A DNA stretch of 63,946 nucleotides from contig NW_005434653.1 in NCBI RefSeq assembly GCF_000315625.1, positions 722,045 through 785,990 on the forward strand, in the 5' to 3' direction. The notes beneath the pieces are model-generated. The model was given only the letters and a program-made list of their open reading frames with translations, was not told the DNA's origin and did no database searches. This DNA comes from Guillardia theta CCMP2712. Lineage: Eukaryota; Protista; Cryptophyta. Made by a program: the position numbers and the translations under genes. Shown piece after piece: positions 1-15,730 of this stretch. Each line of letters starts with the position of its first letter. Position 1 is the first letter of the stretch.

Positions 1-1644
<1,644 letters not shown>

Positions 1645-2460
1645 CCTTGACTTTCTTCGGTCTTCGCTGCTCTAGCCTACAGCTTCCTCTACAACATCAT
1701 CATCCTCTCTCTTTGTCTTCCAATCTCTCTATCCTCCTCCTCCTCCTCCTCCTCCTCCTCCTCCTCCTCCTCCTCCTCCCTGAAACTTCCCATGCAGCTT
1801 CATCGTCACCGTCACTCGGTGTTTATCCCCATTCCTTGTAACCGTTACAGACCCGTTTCATAGGGCCCCGGCGGACTCGGCGGGCTGAACCCCGGCGGCC
1901 ATGCCATGGTACCGTTCACTGAGCTACTGTCATCCAAGTCAGCCCTCGTCCCCCCGCTGACATGTAAGCAGCGAAGAATGGGGCACAAAATGCTAACTTA
2001 CGAGGAGTCGGGAGAGGAGGAGGAGGAGGAGAGAGGGAGAGAGGAGTGAGAGCGGGACAGGGAGGATGCTGAGAGAGAAGGAGGGAAGAGAGAAGGTGAG
2101 AAGGTGAGAGGTGAAGCAGAGGGTGCAGTCGCCTTTTACATCCAGCAATTGAACAAGTTCAAGTGTCTTTGAGCTGGTACGAAAGGATTCTGAGTCCCAG
2201 GAGAGCAGGAGGAATGTTTACGGTCAGGGGGCCATGCACCGAGGACGATGCTAAGATGCATCAAGGCTTCCTAGGAGTATGAGAGGCAACGGCGGCGAGG
2301 GAAAGGGGGGGGGGGGGGGGAAGAAGCGAGTGAAAGCGACGCATCCCTTTGAAATCGTTCTGACCGTTTTGTGGCTGCAGGAGGGTGTAGGAGCCGGCAT
2401 CGAACACGCAAGAGGGTGATGTGAAAGAGAAGTCGTGCTCAGCTCGCTCAAGCCTCTGAT

Positions 2461-5400
2461 ATGAAGCTGCCATTTTACACCCTGTTCTTGATCGGACTCG
2501 TCGACTGCAACTATGTTGCCTCCATGCTGTGGCAGTTTGATGGATCGCAAGGCTCAACAAGTACCGTACAGAAGAGACATGTTGATCCAACAGCGTTCAG
2601 CTTTGCTTCCTTCTCCCATGTTTCTTCGCAGTGCAACTGGGGTCCTAGCTTAAGCGCGTTCCTATGTTCGCCTTCCCTTCCGCGTTTCTGCAATGCAGCT
2701 CGACCTCGACCATGCTCCTTGGCGTCTCATCTTGTTGCGAAGATGAATGAGAACAGGAGAAAGAGAGGGAAGAGCAAGACTTCTTCCCCTTCCCCTCACA
2801 TTCATGCGCCTTCCAGCCATGGAGGCTCCAAGAATGGCACCATCATGATCGACAGGTCAGCAGCTCTCCAGGACCATCATGCGAGGTCTCTCAAGGACAG
2901 AAGTCACATGGTGTCTCTGCGCGATCAGAACCTCCATGAAGCAGAGCTCGAGCGCAAGGGTGAGGCCGCTGGGATGCAACAGGACAAGTCGATTGCTGAC
3001 CATCCCAAGGGAAGGAACGAGAAGGGAGCTGAGCAGAGGGATCTGAGTGATCGGAAGCGTGAGGGACAAGCGACATCGGATGGGGATCATCGTAGCAACA
3101 AGCAGAAACCTGGCAGGATCGGCTCCTTGTACTCGGTAGCCCTGCAGCAGGTCGGGAGAAAGAACTACAAGGCGGCACGTAGAATGTTCTCGATGTTGTC
3201 AGAGAACCCTGAGTACAAGCATGATGGACGCATTTTCCTCTCTTGGGGAAGGATGGAAGCAAAGCTGAAGAACACATGGGCAGCTCGAAGAGCGTTCGGG
3301 ACAGGCCTGAAGAGGATGCCTGAGAACACGCACATTGCCCATGCATGGGCGATAGAGGAGTTGAGGGGCGGGAACAACAAGGTCGCCCGCAAGCTGTTCA
3401 AACACGCGCTTGAGATGGACAAGAAGGACGGCCTCATCTATCAGAGCTTTGCCATGCTCGAGCAGCAAGAGGGAAACATCGAGGCCGCACGGCGTCTGCT
3501 CAAGGAGGGGACGGAGGCTGATCCCAACAACGTCTTCCTCTGGAGTGCCTGCGGAGTGTTCGAGTCGCGTCAGGCAAACTACGAGGAGGCAAGCAGGCAC
3601 TTTGAGAAGGCCACGAGGCTGGGGCCCATGCACTGTCCGAGCTGGCAAGCCTTCGGGGTTGTGCTTGAGAAGATGGGGAAACACAAGGAGGCGGCAGAGA
3701 AGTTCGAGCAGGGGCTGCAGGTCGACCCCACGTCTGTCCCCACCTATCAGGCTTATGGGCTGATGGAGGCGAGACGAGGGCGACATGCCAAGGCTCGAGA
3801 GCTTTTTGAGAAGGGCGTGCGCATCGACCCCGGGCATGCTCCCATCTTCCACGCCTGGGCCTGCATGGAGGAAAGTCTGGGGAACTACGACACTGCACGC
3901 GACCTCTTCAACCAGGGGGTCGCCAGCGCCCCCTCGAGCGTCGCACTGCTTAAGGCATGGGCGCTGATGGAGCTGAAACTTGGGCACATCGACTCGTCCA
4001 ACAACTGGTACGTCGACCCGAGGATGGGGAAGCGCAAGTTGACGGAGGTGACGGAGCGGCTGGAGATGCTGCGGTTGCTGATGGAGCAGCGATCGGAGGA
4101 CGACCTGAAGCTCGTGATGCAGTGGCTTGAGGAGCAGAGGAACAAGAAGATCGAGAGTCAAGTAGACGACATGCTCGCACCCGGCCAGGGAGTCCCCAGC
4201 GACTGGACTGAAGGAAAACAGTTCGCGTTCAGTGGGGAGGACATGATTCATGCTGGAGAGACTGTGGTAGTTGACGTGGGAAAGGAGAGGAAGAAGCTCA
4301 AGTTGGGGCTTGTGCTGGAAGTTGTCGAGGACGTGAAGGTGCGCGAGGCAGGAGGGGACGCTGGTGGTTTCATGCTCATCAGCATGGTGGGGGGGAGCAA
4401 GAGCAGTAAGAAGCCTGTCAAGATCGGATGGCCAGGGAAGAAGGAAGAGCAGATTGTGGAAGTCCCTCGCCGCCAGGTCGGCAAGTTGCTCGTCGATCGT
4501 GAGCAGATGGTGCAGCGAGTGAGGGAGATGGAGAGAGAGGCTGGGGACGTGGACAGTTTCTCCCTCCATGACCAGCGGGAGGCAGACAGAGTTCGGCTGC
4601 AGGTGCTGATGGAGCGCTACGGTGAAGACTTCAACATCCTCCCCTTCCACTTGCGCGTCCAGGACGAGGAAAGTTGGGGAGAGGAGGAGGAGGAGGAGGA
4701 GGAGGAGAGGGAGGGATTCCTTGATATGAAGGCCAAGGAACAGAACAGCTCCATGATGATGCTGGAGCAGTGGGTGCATCGGCGATCTGACGACGACGTC
4801 CGTTCCTTCAAGGAGTGGTTCAACGAGATGTACGAGCGCGACCCCGGGGCCGGCATGAAGATGCTGAATTGGGACATGCCTCCTCCCTCTTCACCCCCTG
4901 CCTGGAGCAGTCCAGCAGCGCCCAAGGAGTGGTTCAAGGTCCAGCTCCCGACCTCGAAGAAGGACAACGATGACGTGGACTCGGCAGAGGGGCTGGTGCA
5001 GAAGATGGTGGCAGAGAAGGGGCTGAGGACGGAGTGGGTGAAGGTGGTGGAGTTCTCTTTCCTCGCCCTCGCCCTCTCCAGCATCCTTGCCGTCGGCCCC
5101 TCGTTCATCGACGCCTGGGTGCAGCGGGTTGACCCTTCCTCTGTGCGAGAGCCTCAGGGGCCCAGCGGGGTCGACGCGTTTCTGATCCAGACTGACTTCT
5201 CCAAGGATCGCCTCGTCCTTCCCAACGGCCTCGACGACTGCGACCACGTGCTTCCTCGCTTCATCACCCGCTGCTCACCCAGGGAGGGAGAAGTCAAGCC
5301 CGAGACAAGGCAGAAGGTCTTGAGCTGGATGGCGCAGGGGAAGGGAGATGCGGAGATTCTGAGCATGGAGGAGGTCAAGGGAGCTGGAGTCTCGAGCAGC

Positions 5401-5481
5401 CAAGTGCAGGCGATCAGGCAGGAGTTCGTGCAGGTCAAGGCGAGGAAGGATGCGTTGGGTCGAGCAGGAGGGGGAAGATGA
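2461..5481 (+). CDS. HAT/TPR repeat protein (Mbb1/HCF107-like organellar RNA maturation factor family), with probable signal/transit presequence and a C-terminal TM segment
   Basis: 1006-aa uninterrupted ORF. About 8 HAT-type repeats (IFLSWGRMEAK, AHAWAIEE, IYQSFAMLEQQEGNIEAARRLL, SWQAFGVVLEK, TYQAYGLMEARRG, IFHAWACMEESLGNYDTARDLF, LLKAWALMELKLG). Hydrophobic N-terminus and a hydrophobic segment near 5050-5110. Confidence 0.82.
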   Translation: MKLPFYTLFLIGLVDCNYVASMLWQFDGSQGSTSTVQKRHVDPTAFSFASFSHVSSQCNWGPSLSAFLCSPSLPRFCNAARPRPCSLASHLVAKMNENRRKRGKSKTSSPSPHIHAPSSHGGSKNGTIMIDRSAALQDHHARSLKDRSHMVSLRDQNLHEAELERKGEAAGMQQDKSIADHPKGRNEKGAEQRDLSDRKREGQATSDGDHRSNKQKPGRIGSLYSVALQQVGRKNYKAARRMFSMLSENPEYKHDGRIFLSWGRMEAKLKNTWAARRAFGTGLKRMPENTHIAHAWAIEELRGGNNKVARKLFKHALEMDKKDGLIYQSFAMLEQQEGNIEAARRLLKEGTEADPNNVFLWSACGVFESRQANYEEASRHFEKATRLGPMHCPSWQAFGVVLEKMGKHKEAAEKFEQGLQVDPTSVPTYQAYGLMEARRGRHAKARELFEKGVRIDPGHAPIFHAWACMEESLGNYDTARDLFNQGVASAPSSVALLKAWALMELKLGHIDSSNNWYVDPRMGKRKLTEVTERLEMLRLLMEQRSEDDLKLVMQWLEEQRNKKIESQVDDMLAPGQGVPSDWTEGKQFAFSGEDMIHAGETVVVDVGKERKKLKLGLVLEVVEDVKVREAGGDAGGFMLISMVGGSKSSKKPVKIGWPGKKEEQIVEVPRRQVGKLLVDREQMVQRVREMEREAGDVDSFSLHDQREADRVRLQVLMERYGEDFNILPFHLRVQDEESWGEEEEEEEEEREGFLDMKAKEQNSSMMMLEQWVHRRSDDDVRSFKEWFNEMYERDPGAGMKMLNWDMPPPSSPPAWSSPAAPKEWFKVQLPTSKKDNDDVDSAEGLVQKMVAEKGLRTEWVKVVEFSFLALALSSILAVGPSFIDAWVQRVDPSSVREPQGPSGVDAFLIQTDFSKDRLVLPNGLDDCDHVLPRFITRCSPREGEVKPETRQKVLSWMAQGKGDAEILSMEEVKGAGVSSSQVQAIRQEFVQVKARKDALGRAGGGR

Positions 5482-5665
5482 TGAGAGAGTGTGGCTCCTC
5501 CTCTTCTTTCTCCTCCTCCATCTTCTTCCTTGTATACTACTCACTTGAAGCGTTAAAAACTACTCAACGACTAATAACCTGTCTCCCTCTATTTCCTCCT
5601 CCTCTGACTCACTCGCTTCCTTTTCCCTGCCTCCTCTCCTCAACTGCTCGCCCCTCCCCTCATCC

Positions 5666-9835
<4,170 letters not shown>

Positions 9836-9888
9836 GGCGCGAAAAAATTCTCGGTCAACCGGATTGAGTGAAAATTCTACCGGAGGCC

Positions 9889-10709
9889 ATGCAGTCGGCA
9901 GGGAAGCTGGCCATGGCGGCGGCGATGGCGGCGGCGACGTTGGCGATGGTTGACGGATTTGCGCTGAATGGAGGGATGGCAACATGCGTGTCTGCGATGA
10001 GAGCGGGAAGGAGCTCTTGTGTGAGTGTGAGGGCAGGGAGGAGATCAGCATCGCCGACTATGGCAGAGGATTTTTCGGCCAGCAGGAGGAATGTCCTGTT
10101 TGGCCTGGGGGCGGCGGCGTTTCTGTTCGTATCCCCTGCGCACAGCAAGGATGCGATAAACGACTGCGAGAAGTGGGCTCCTGGTAGGAAGTGGATCACA
10201 GGGAAGAGCTGTCAGGAGAAAGGAAGCAACGTGCGGAAGTAGCCCAGGGTTGGAGGGACATAGCTGAAGTATCTGGCAGGAGGTGAAGGGGACCAAGAAG
10301 GATCCCAAGTATCTTCGATCGATCCAGAACTGCCGGTCCAAGTGCCAGGCATCGTCCGTCTGCTCTCTGTGACCCTCAGCTCACGATTCCTCTCCTGCAG
10401 GCGTCCGTAATGACCGGGGAGGCAAAGACGACCAACGACTGCCTCAAGTCCTGCAGGTCCCAGCAGCCTCTCTCCCCTCCCTCCCCCTCCCCTTCCCCCT
10501 CCTCTCGCATGCTGCCTCCCTCCTCCCTGCTCTCCCCGCGCTACTTCCCTCCCTTGTCTTCACACGGATATCAGGAACGAGTACTGCACCACATACGAGC
10601 AGTGCACGTATCAGATCGGGCCCAAGGAGGACTACGGAGGTCAGTGGAGAGCCACTGGGACTGACGCGCTGGCTGGACTGACGAAACTGCGTCAGGGTTT
10701 GTGTTCTGA
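9889..10709 (+). CDS. Plastid-targeted, Tat-dependent, cysteine-rich thylakoid lumen protein (uncharacterised), about 5 exons
   Basis: Signal peptide ending VDG|FAL, Ser/Arg-rich transit peptide, twin-arginine SRRNVLFGLGAAAFLFVSPAHS|. Mature part DCEKWAPGRKWITGKSC..KGTKKDPKYLRSIQNCRSKCQ..NDCLKSCRNEYCTTYEQCTY across introns 10231-10279, ~10349-10400 and 10457-10574. Start may be 9889 or 9913. Confidence 0.75.
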
Positions 10710-10857
10710 CCTTGACAACACGGGCATCTTGCTTCAATTGAGTGTATCTAATCACAGAACAAGTCTCTCCATCTATATGATACAGTATTCAACCGCGTCT
10801 GCCCTGCTCCTCCCCCCCTCACCCCCAACCCTCTGCTCTTTCAGAAGTCCTGTCTAC

Positions 10858-11680
10858 TCAGACAAGCGCGGAGGTCTTTGGTCGAGCCTGCTTCTTCATC
10901 GCCTTGTTCTTCTGCCAGTACCCCTTGGGGAGCAGCGCCACCCCCTTCCCCAGTCACCGAGTCAGTCCTTCCAGCGGTGGTTCCCTCCCCTTCTAGCACC
11001 CCACTCCCCCTCCCTGCCCCTCGTCTCTCCTTCCCCATCAATCATCCCCTCCCTCTCCCCCTTCCCCCCTCATCATTCCCCTCTTCAGTCTTCTTCCATC
11101 CTCCTCCTCCTGCCCTTCTCCTCCGCCTCTCAAGCTTCCATCCTGAACTCACCGGAGGTCCGTGATTCCCGACACTGGCCGGGACGCCCATGATGCCGTG
11201 CGGGCCCCGGGCCTTGAGGTCGTTGTAGTTGGAGAACCCTTCAATGCCTTCGGTCTCAGTGTGGAAGCGACCGTAGGACATTAGGATCTCGTCCGTCATG
11301 ATCAGGATCTTGTACTTGTGGTCCTCCCGGTCCCTGGCCTGCTCGGCAGGAGGGTCAGAGTCTGAGGGGGAGGGCAAGGGGAGCGATCACGAGGGATGGA
11401 TTGATCTCGCACTGCTCATAGTTGATGTAGGCAGGGTTGACAGGCTCTCTGAACCTGGTCTTGGGTCTGTTTCCGAGCATCCGGTTGTACTCCACGAGGT
11501 ACTGCGGCGGTTTCCTCTCCTCCTTCTTCTCCTCCATGCTCGCTGTCCAAGGGCAGCTTGTGAACGGCTTCATGCTCGCCCTCGGCCTTGCACGTGGATG
11601 CCAAGTCAGGCTTCACAGCAACCAGGAGCGATCCCGTTACCTGTATCGCGCGTTCCATGGGTCATTGGTGGAGGTCATGA
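10858..11680 (-). CDS. Hypothetical protein, multi-exon (5' end not resolved)
   Basis: Phase-compatible exons: MTSTNDPWNARY, MKPFTSCPWTASMEEKKEERKPPQYLVEYNRMLGNRPK.., ARDREDHKYKILIMTDEILMSYGRFHTETEG.. and GVALLPKGYWQKNKAMKKQARPKTSALV*. Confidence 0.55.
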
Positions 11681-12759
11681 CAGACTTGTTGCGGTTGCTA
11701 CAGGAGCTGGTGAGCTGTAGAAAAGAGAGAAAGGTCACTCCCACGTGCAACACACTTTGCGTATGTGGTCATTTGCGTTTCTGCATGATCAGGATCTTGT
11801 ACTTGTGATGATCAGGATCTTGTACTTGTGGTTACTTTGCGTTTGTGCATTTGCACAAGCTAAAATCCTGCGCGTCTGTCCATGGCAAATCCCTCCAATG
11901 CACCCACGGACTCTCCCTCTATTTCTCCCTCCCTCCCTCATCTTCCTGGCTTCCTTTCTCCTTCTCTTCTCTTCCATTTTCCCCTCTCCACCGTAACGCA
12001 ACCGACAGTTCTGACAGGTGCGCTACAAAAGGAACCGGCACAAGGAACTGATCAGTCAAAATTGACTCAAACCGTTGAAATGCCGCAGTGCAACGCCGTT
12101 ACAACTGATCGTCACGGTCACAGTCGGAGTCTTTTTACTCAAAGATCAGTTAAAAATCAGTAAGAGGACGGTTCACAATCAGGAGAGCGCCATGCCAACC
12201 GCCCGCCGATACGAGTCGCTGTTGCCGTCCGGCGTCGGAGGAGTGAGATGCATCACTGCAGTCGGAAGCCGGGCCTGTGACTCATTCAATGATTGGCCCG
12301 GCCGCGGCGGCCCTGGCATAGCCTACTAGGCCCTAGTAGAGCTCAGCTGGCCCGACCGAACTTCCGAAGTTCCGGGAATCACCGGCGGCCCCCGGAGCGA
12401 ACTGATCGGCCCGGAGCTGAACTTGGGCTGTGTTTCAAATACGGGACTCGGGAGCAGTGATAGGACCGGTTTAGTGGTAACTTTTAGGACTGATACAAAA
12501 TTTAGAACTCCCTTCGTTAGCTAGCCTAAGTTTCTTGAGCCTGAGTCCAGAGCCTTAAATGTATTTCGCTGCTGAGCTTGGAAATCAGACGTAGAGCCAG
12601 TGTTGGTTGTGCTGGGCTGAATGCCGAAGATTGATCTATCATTGAGTTGTGAGAAGGAGTTTGGAAGTCACAAATAATGAAGGCTTTCGGATAGAAGAGA
12701 CGAGGATGCCATTTCAATCCTTATACCCCGTTGAGGTGCTTCTGATTGATCCTGAGCTT

Positions 12760-14311
12760 TTACTGTCTTCGTCCGTCCACTCCATCTGGATCTTGACTGT
12801 CGTATTCGCTGCGCTCTTCGGAATCTGCCTCAGAGCTTCCCTCCTCCTCTGCCTCAGAGCTTCCCTCCTCCTCTGCCTCAGAGCTTCCCTCCTCCTCTGC
12901 CTCAGAGCTTCCCTCCTCCTCTGCCTCAGAGCTTTCCTCCTCCTCTGACTCAGAGCTTTCCTCCTCCTCTGCCTCAGAGCTTCCCTCCTCCTCTGCCTCA
13001 GAGCTTCCCTCCTCCTCTGCCTCAGAGCTTCCCTCCTCCTCTGCCTCAGAGCTTCCCTCCTCCTCTGCCTCAGAGCTTTCCTCCTCCTCTGACTCAGAGC
13101 TTCCCTCCTCCTCTGCCTCAGAGCTTCCCTCCTCCTCTGCCTCAGAGCTTCCCTCCTCCTCTGCCTCAGAGCTTCCCTCCTCCTCTGCCTCAGAGCTTTC
13201 CTCCTCCTCTGACTCAGAGCTTTCCTCCTCCTCTGACTCAGAGCTTTCCTCCTCCGCCTCAGAGCTATTCTCCTCAGTCTCAGAGCTTTCGTCCTCCTCA
13301 CTGTCTTCCTCGGACTCAGACTCATCATCCGATGAATGTTCTTCTCCTTCCTCCTCGTCTTTGTGATGGTCATCGCTGTATTCGTCGTCGTCATGACCCT
13401 CATGCTCGTCCTCATCTTGGTGGGTATGACTCCTGGTGGTCAAGGCTCCAGCGCCAGAGTTATGAGTGATTGCGGGACGATGTTTTGGTTCCCTCAATGC
13501 ATGCCGCCTCTGTGTAGATAAGAAGAAAGTCAAATCAACAGAATGCAGGAAAAAGGCACGAAATGCTTCATTTCACCTGTCGTCTTTCCTTCACTGAGCT
13601 TTCCTCAGCTGAAAACATATTAGGATTAAGACGATCTTCGGTATCAAGTCAATCAGAATAACCTGAAGATTCATAGCTCGATTCCGTTGATGAACTGGAC
13701 ACAGAGCTAGTAGAATCTGTGCTGGTAGAATCTGTGCTTGTAGAATCTGTGCTTGTAGAATCTGTGCTGGTCGAATCAGTGCTGGTAGAATCTGTGCTGG
13801 TAGAATCTGTGCTGGTCGAATCTGTGCTTGTAGAATCTGTGCTAGTAGAATCTGTGCTAGTAGAATCTGTGCTGGTAGAATCTGTGCTAGTAGAATCTGT
13901 GCTGGTAGAATCTGTGCTGGTAGAATCTGTGCTAGTAGAATCTGTGCTAGTAGAATCTGTGCTTGACTCAGACAGACTTGATTCTTTGTCAGAAGTATTT
14001 TCTTTATCGCGCCGTCCACCCCTCAGGTGCAATGCCACACCGTGGTCAGAGAGGCCAGGAAGCGGTCTAATGAAGCAAGACGACTTTCTCAAAAATGTCG
14101 CAGTGTAACACGAGTTTAAGTTCAACGGCATGCGCCTCAGAGCCAGACTGCCAGCTGAATCTCTTGCAAACGTTTGCCTGGCAGACAAGGCCTCCCTGTC
14201 AAATTCACCGTACTGTGAAGCTCCAGCATAGTGCACAACAAGTAAGATGGGCAACACAATAGAAGCTGTAAGAGTAAAGGCCCTCGGGCGATCTGAGATT
14301 TTCTCCGCCAT
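12760..14311 (-). CDS. Signal-peptide-bearing Ser/Thr/Asp/Glu-rich low-complexity repeat protein, 3 exons
   Basis: MAEKISDRPRAFTLTASIVLPILLVVHYAGA signal, then LHLRGG, then (TDSTS)n. In-phase GT-AG introns 13662-13609 and 13576-13510, then a His/Asp patch and (SSEAEEEG)n, with stop at 12760. Confidence 0.72.
12827..13270. repeat. 24-bp coding tandem repeat (ctcagagcttccctcctcctctgc)n, about 18 units, encoding SSE[AS]EEE[GE]
   Basis: Direct reading, with unit variants at two positions. Confidence 0.95.
13710..13965. repeat. 15-bp coding tandem repeat (tagaatctgtgctNg)n, about 17 units, encoding TDSTS
   Basis: Direct reading. Variation is concentrated at synonymous positions of the TDSTS frame. 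Confidence 0.95.
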
Positions 14312-15730
14312 CGCTCCGTAAGACACCATCCAGTCGAATCCCTGCCAAGCACGAAGCAAGTGAGTCCCTAAGAAGAGAAAGACAGAAGTGCAAGCGCTGC
14401 TGTTTTCTTCGGATTGAGTGTTCAAGATGTTAAGACGAAATGATACAAACATTGTGTTGGTGGTTGCAAAGTAGAACATGGCAGGGGCCGAAGTGAAACT
14501 TGAGTGAGCGGCGATGCGAGGGAATCCCGGCGTGCACAGGGAGAAAGCATGTGTATGTACAAACACAGGGCGCTATGATCCTTTCAAGGGAGCTTGGGAT
14601 CAGGGCAAGGAAAAGCAGACATAGGTGATTGGTACATGCGATCAACACAAAGACAAAAATGAAACATGAATAGCAGGTAAGTAATATGATCTTACACTTT
14701 GCGAGATCTAGGAGAGGCAGCAAAGGGATGCAGGTGTGTGTGTGTGTGTGTGAGTGAGTGAGTGAGTGAGCGGTGGAAGAATCTTGAAGGTGAGGAGGAG
14801 GAGAGATGGAAGAAGAACACGTGGGCAAGTAGGTAGAACACGCGCATGAGCATGACGATCGCATGTTCGAATTTGGCGCCATGCCAGGGATACGTCCGTG
14901 ATGCTCGAGGGTGAAGGGTAGGAAGTAGGTCCTAAGATGGGTAGGGGTACAATGAATGTTGTTTTGATAGGGGTGGGGTACAAAATACACCGTGTGTCAG
15001 CACGACTTTGGGTAGGGTAATGCAGTAGATAAGATATTTCATAGTGGGTGGGGTATCGATGAATTGTCATGAAGGTGGGGTACTGCAATCGTAGGAGGGT
15101 AGATGGGTTTAGTTCAGTGTGGTTTATCTTTCAAATGTTTTCTTTCCACCCACCCCATCTAGAACAAGACTTCATACCCCACCTTAGATAATTAATGATC
15201 AATTCAGTATGAAGTAGGGGTATAAAAGCATCTCGTACTACCCCAGGTACCTCATTCAGAACCAGTAGGAATTGGCTACCCCTACCCCAGACCTTCCTGT
15301 CATCTTGGTACCCACTCTCCTTTATTAGAACAATTTTCCACACCCCTGGAATATGTACCCCACCCACTTCTTGCCCACCAATAACAAACTTGCTCGGATT
15401 CTATAACCCCTACCTAATTGATTCCACCGGTACTTCCACCCTACCCTGCAGATGATTACCCTCGGAATTCGATACCCACCCCCTTGTTTCAACGTTGTCG
15501 GGCTGGTTCAAACTGATCCTTGAGGTAGGGTCCGATTAAATCTTGAGGGGTAGTAGGTTAGAGTAAGGGGTCATTTAAACTATATAATGTAGGTGAAATG
15601 CAGGGGTACTTTGTGAAAAGAGAGGGTCCAATCAAAAATCAAGGGGTGGCTTTCTGAGGGGTGGTGGCTGTGGTTGACGATGGTGGGGCGGGGCGGGTGG
15701 CGATGGCAGGAGAAGGTGGAAGAGGCGACG

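Noticed and set aside
3199-4779. 526-aa antisense ORF
   Set aside because: Shadow of the GC-rich HAT gene on the opposite strand, with Leu/His-rich composition and no motifs.
12827-13965. Regular arrays as CRISPR
   Set aside because: Head-to-tail units with no unique spacers, lengths in multiples of 3 and in frame in a spliced gene. No cas genes, and a eukaryotic context.
13719-14108. (VLVES)n plus-strand ORF and (AQILP)n alternative frame
   Set aside because: Repeat variation is synonymous in the TDSTS frame, which also carries the signal peptide and in-phase splice sites.
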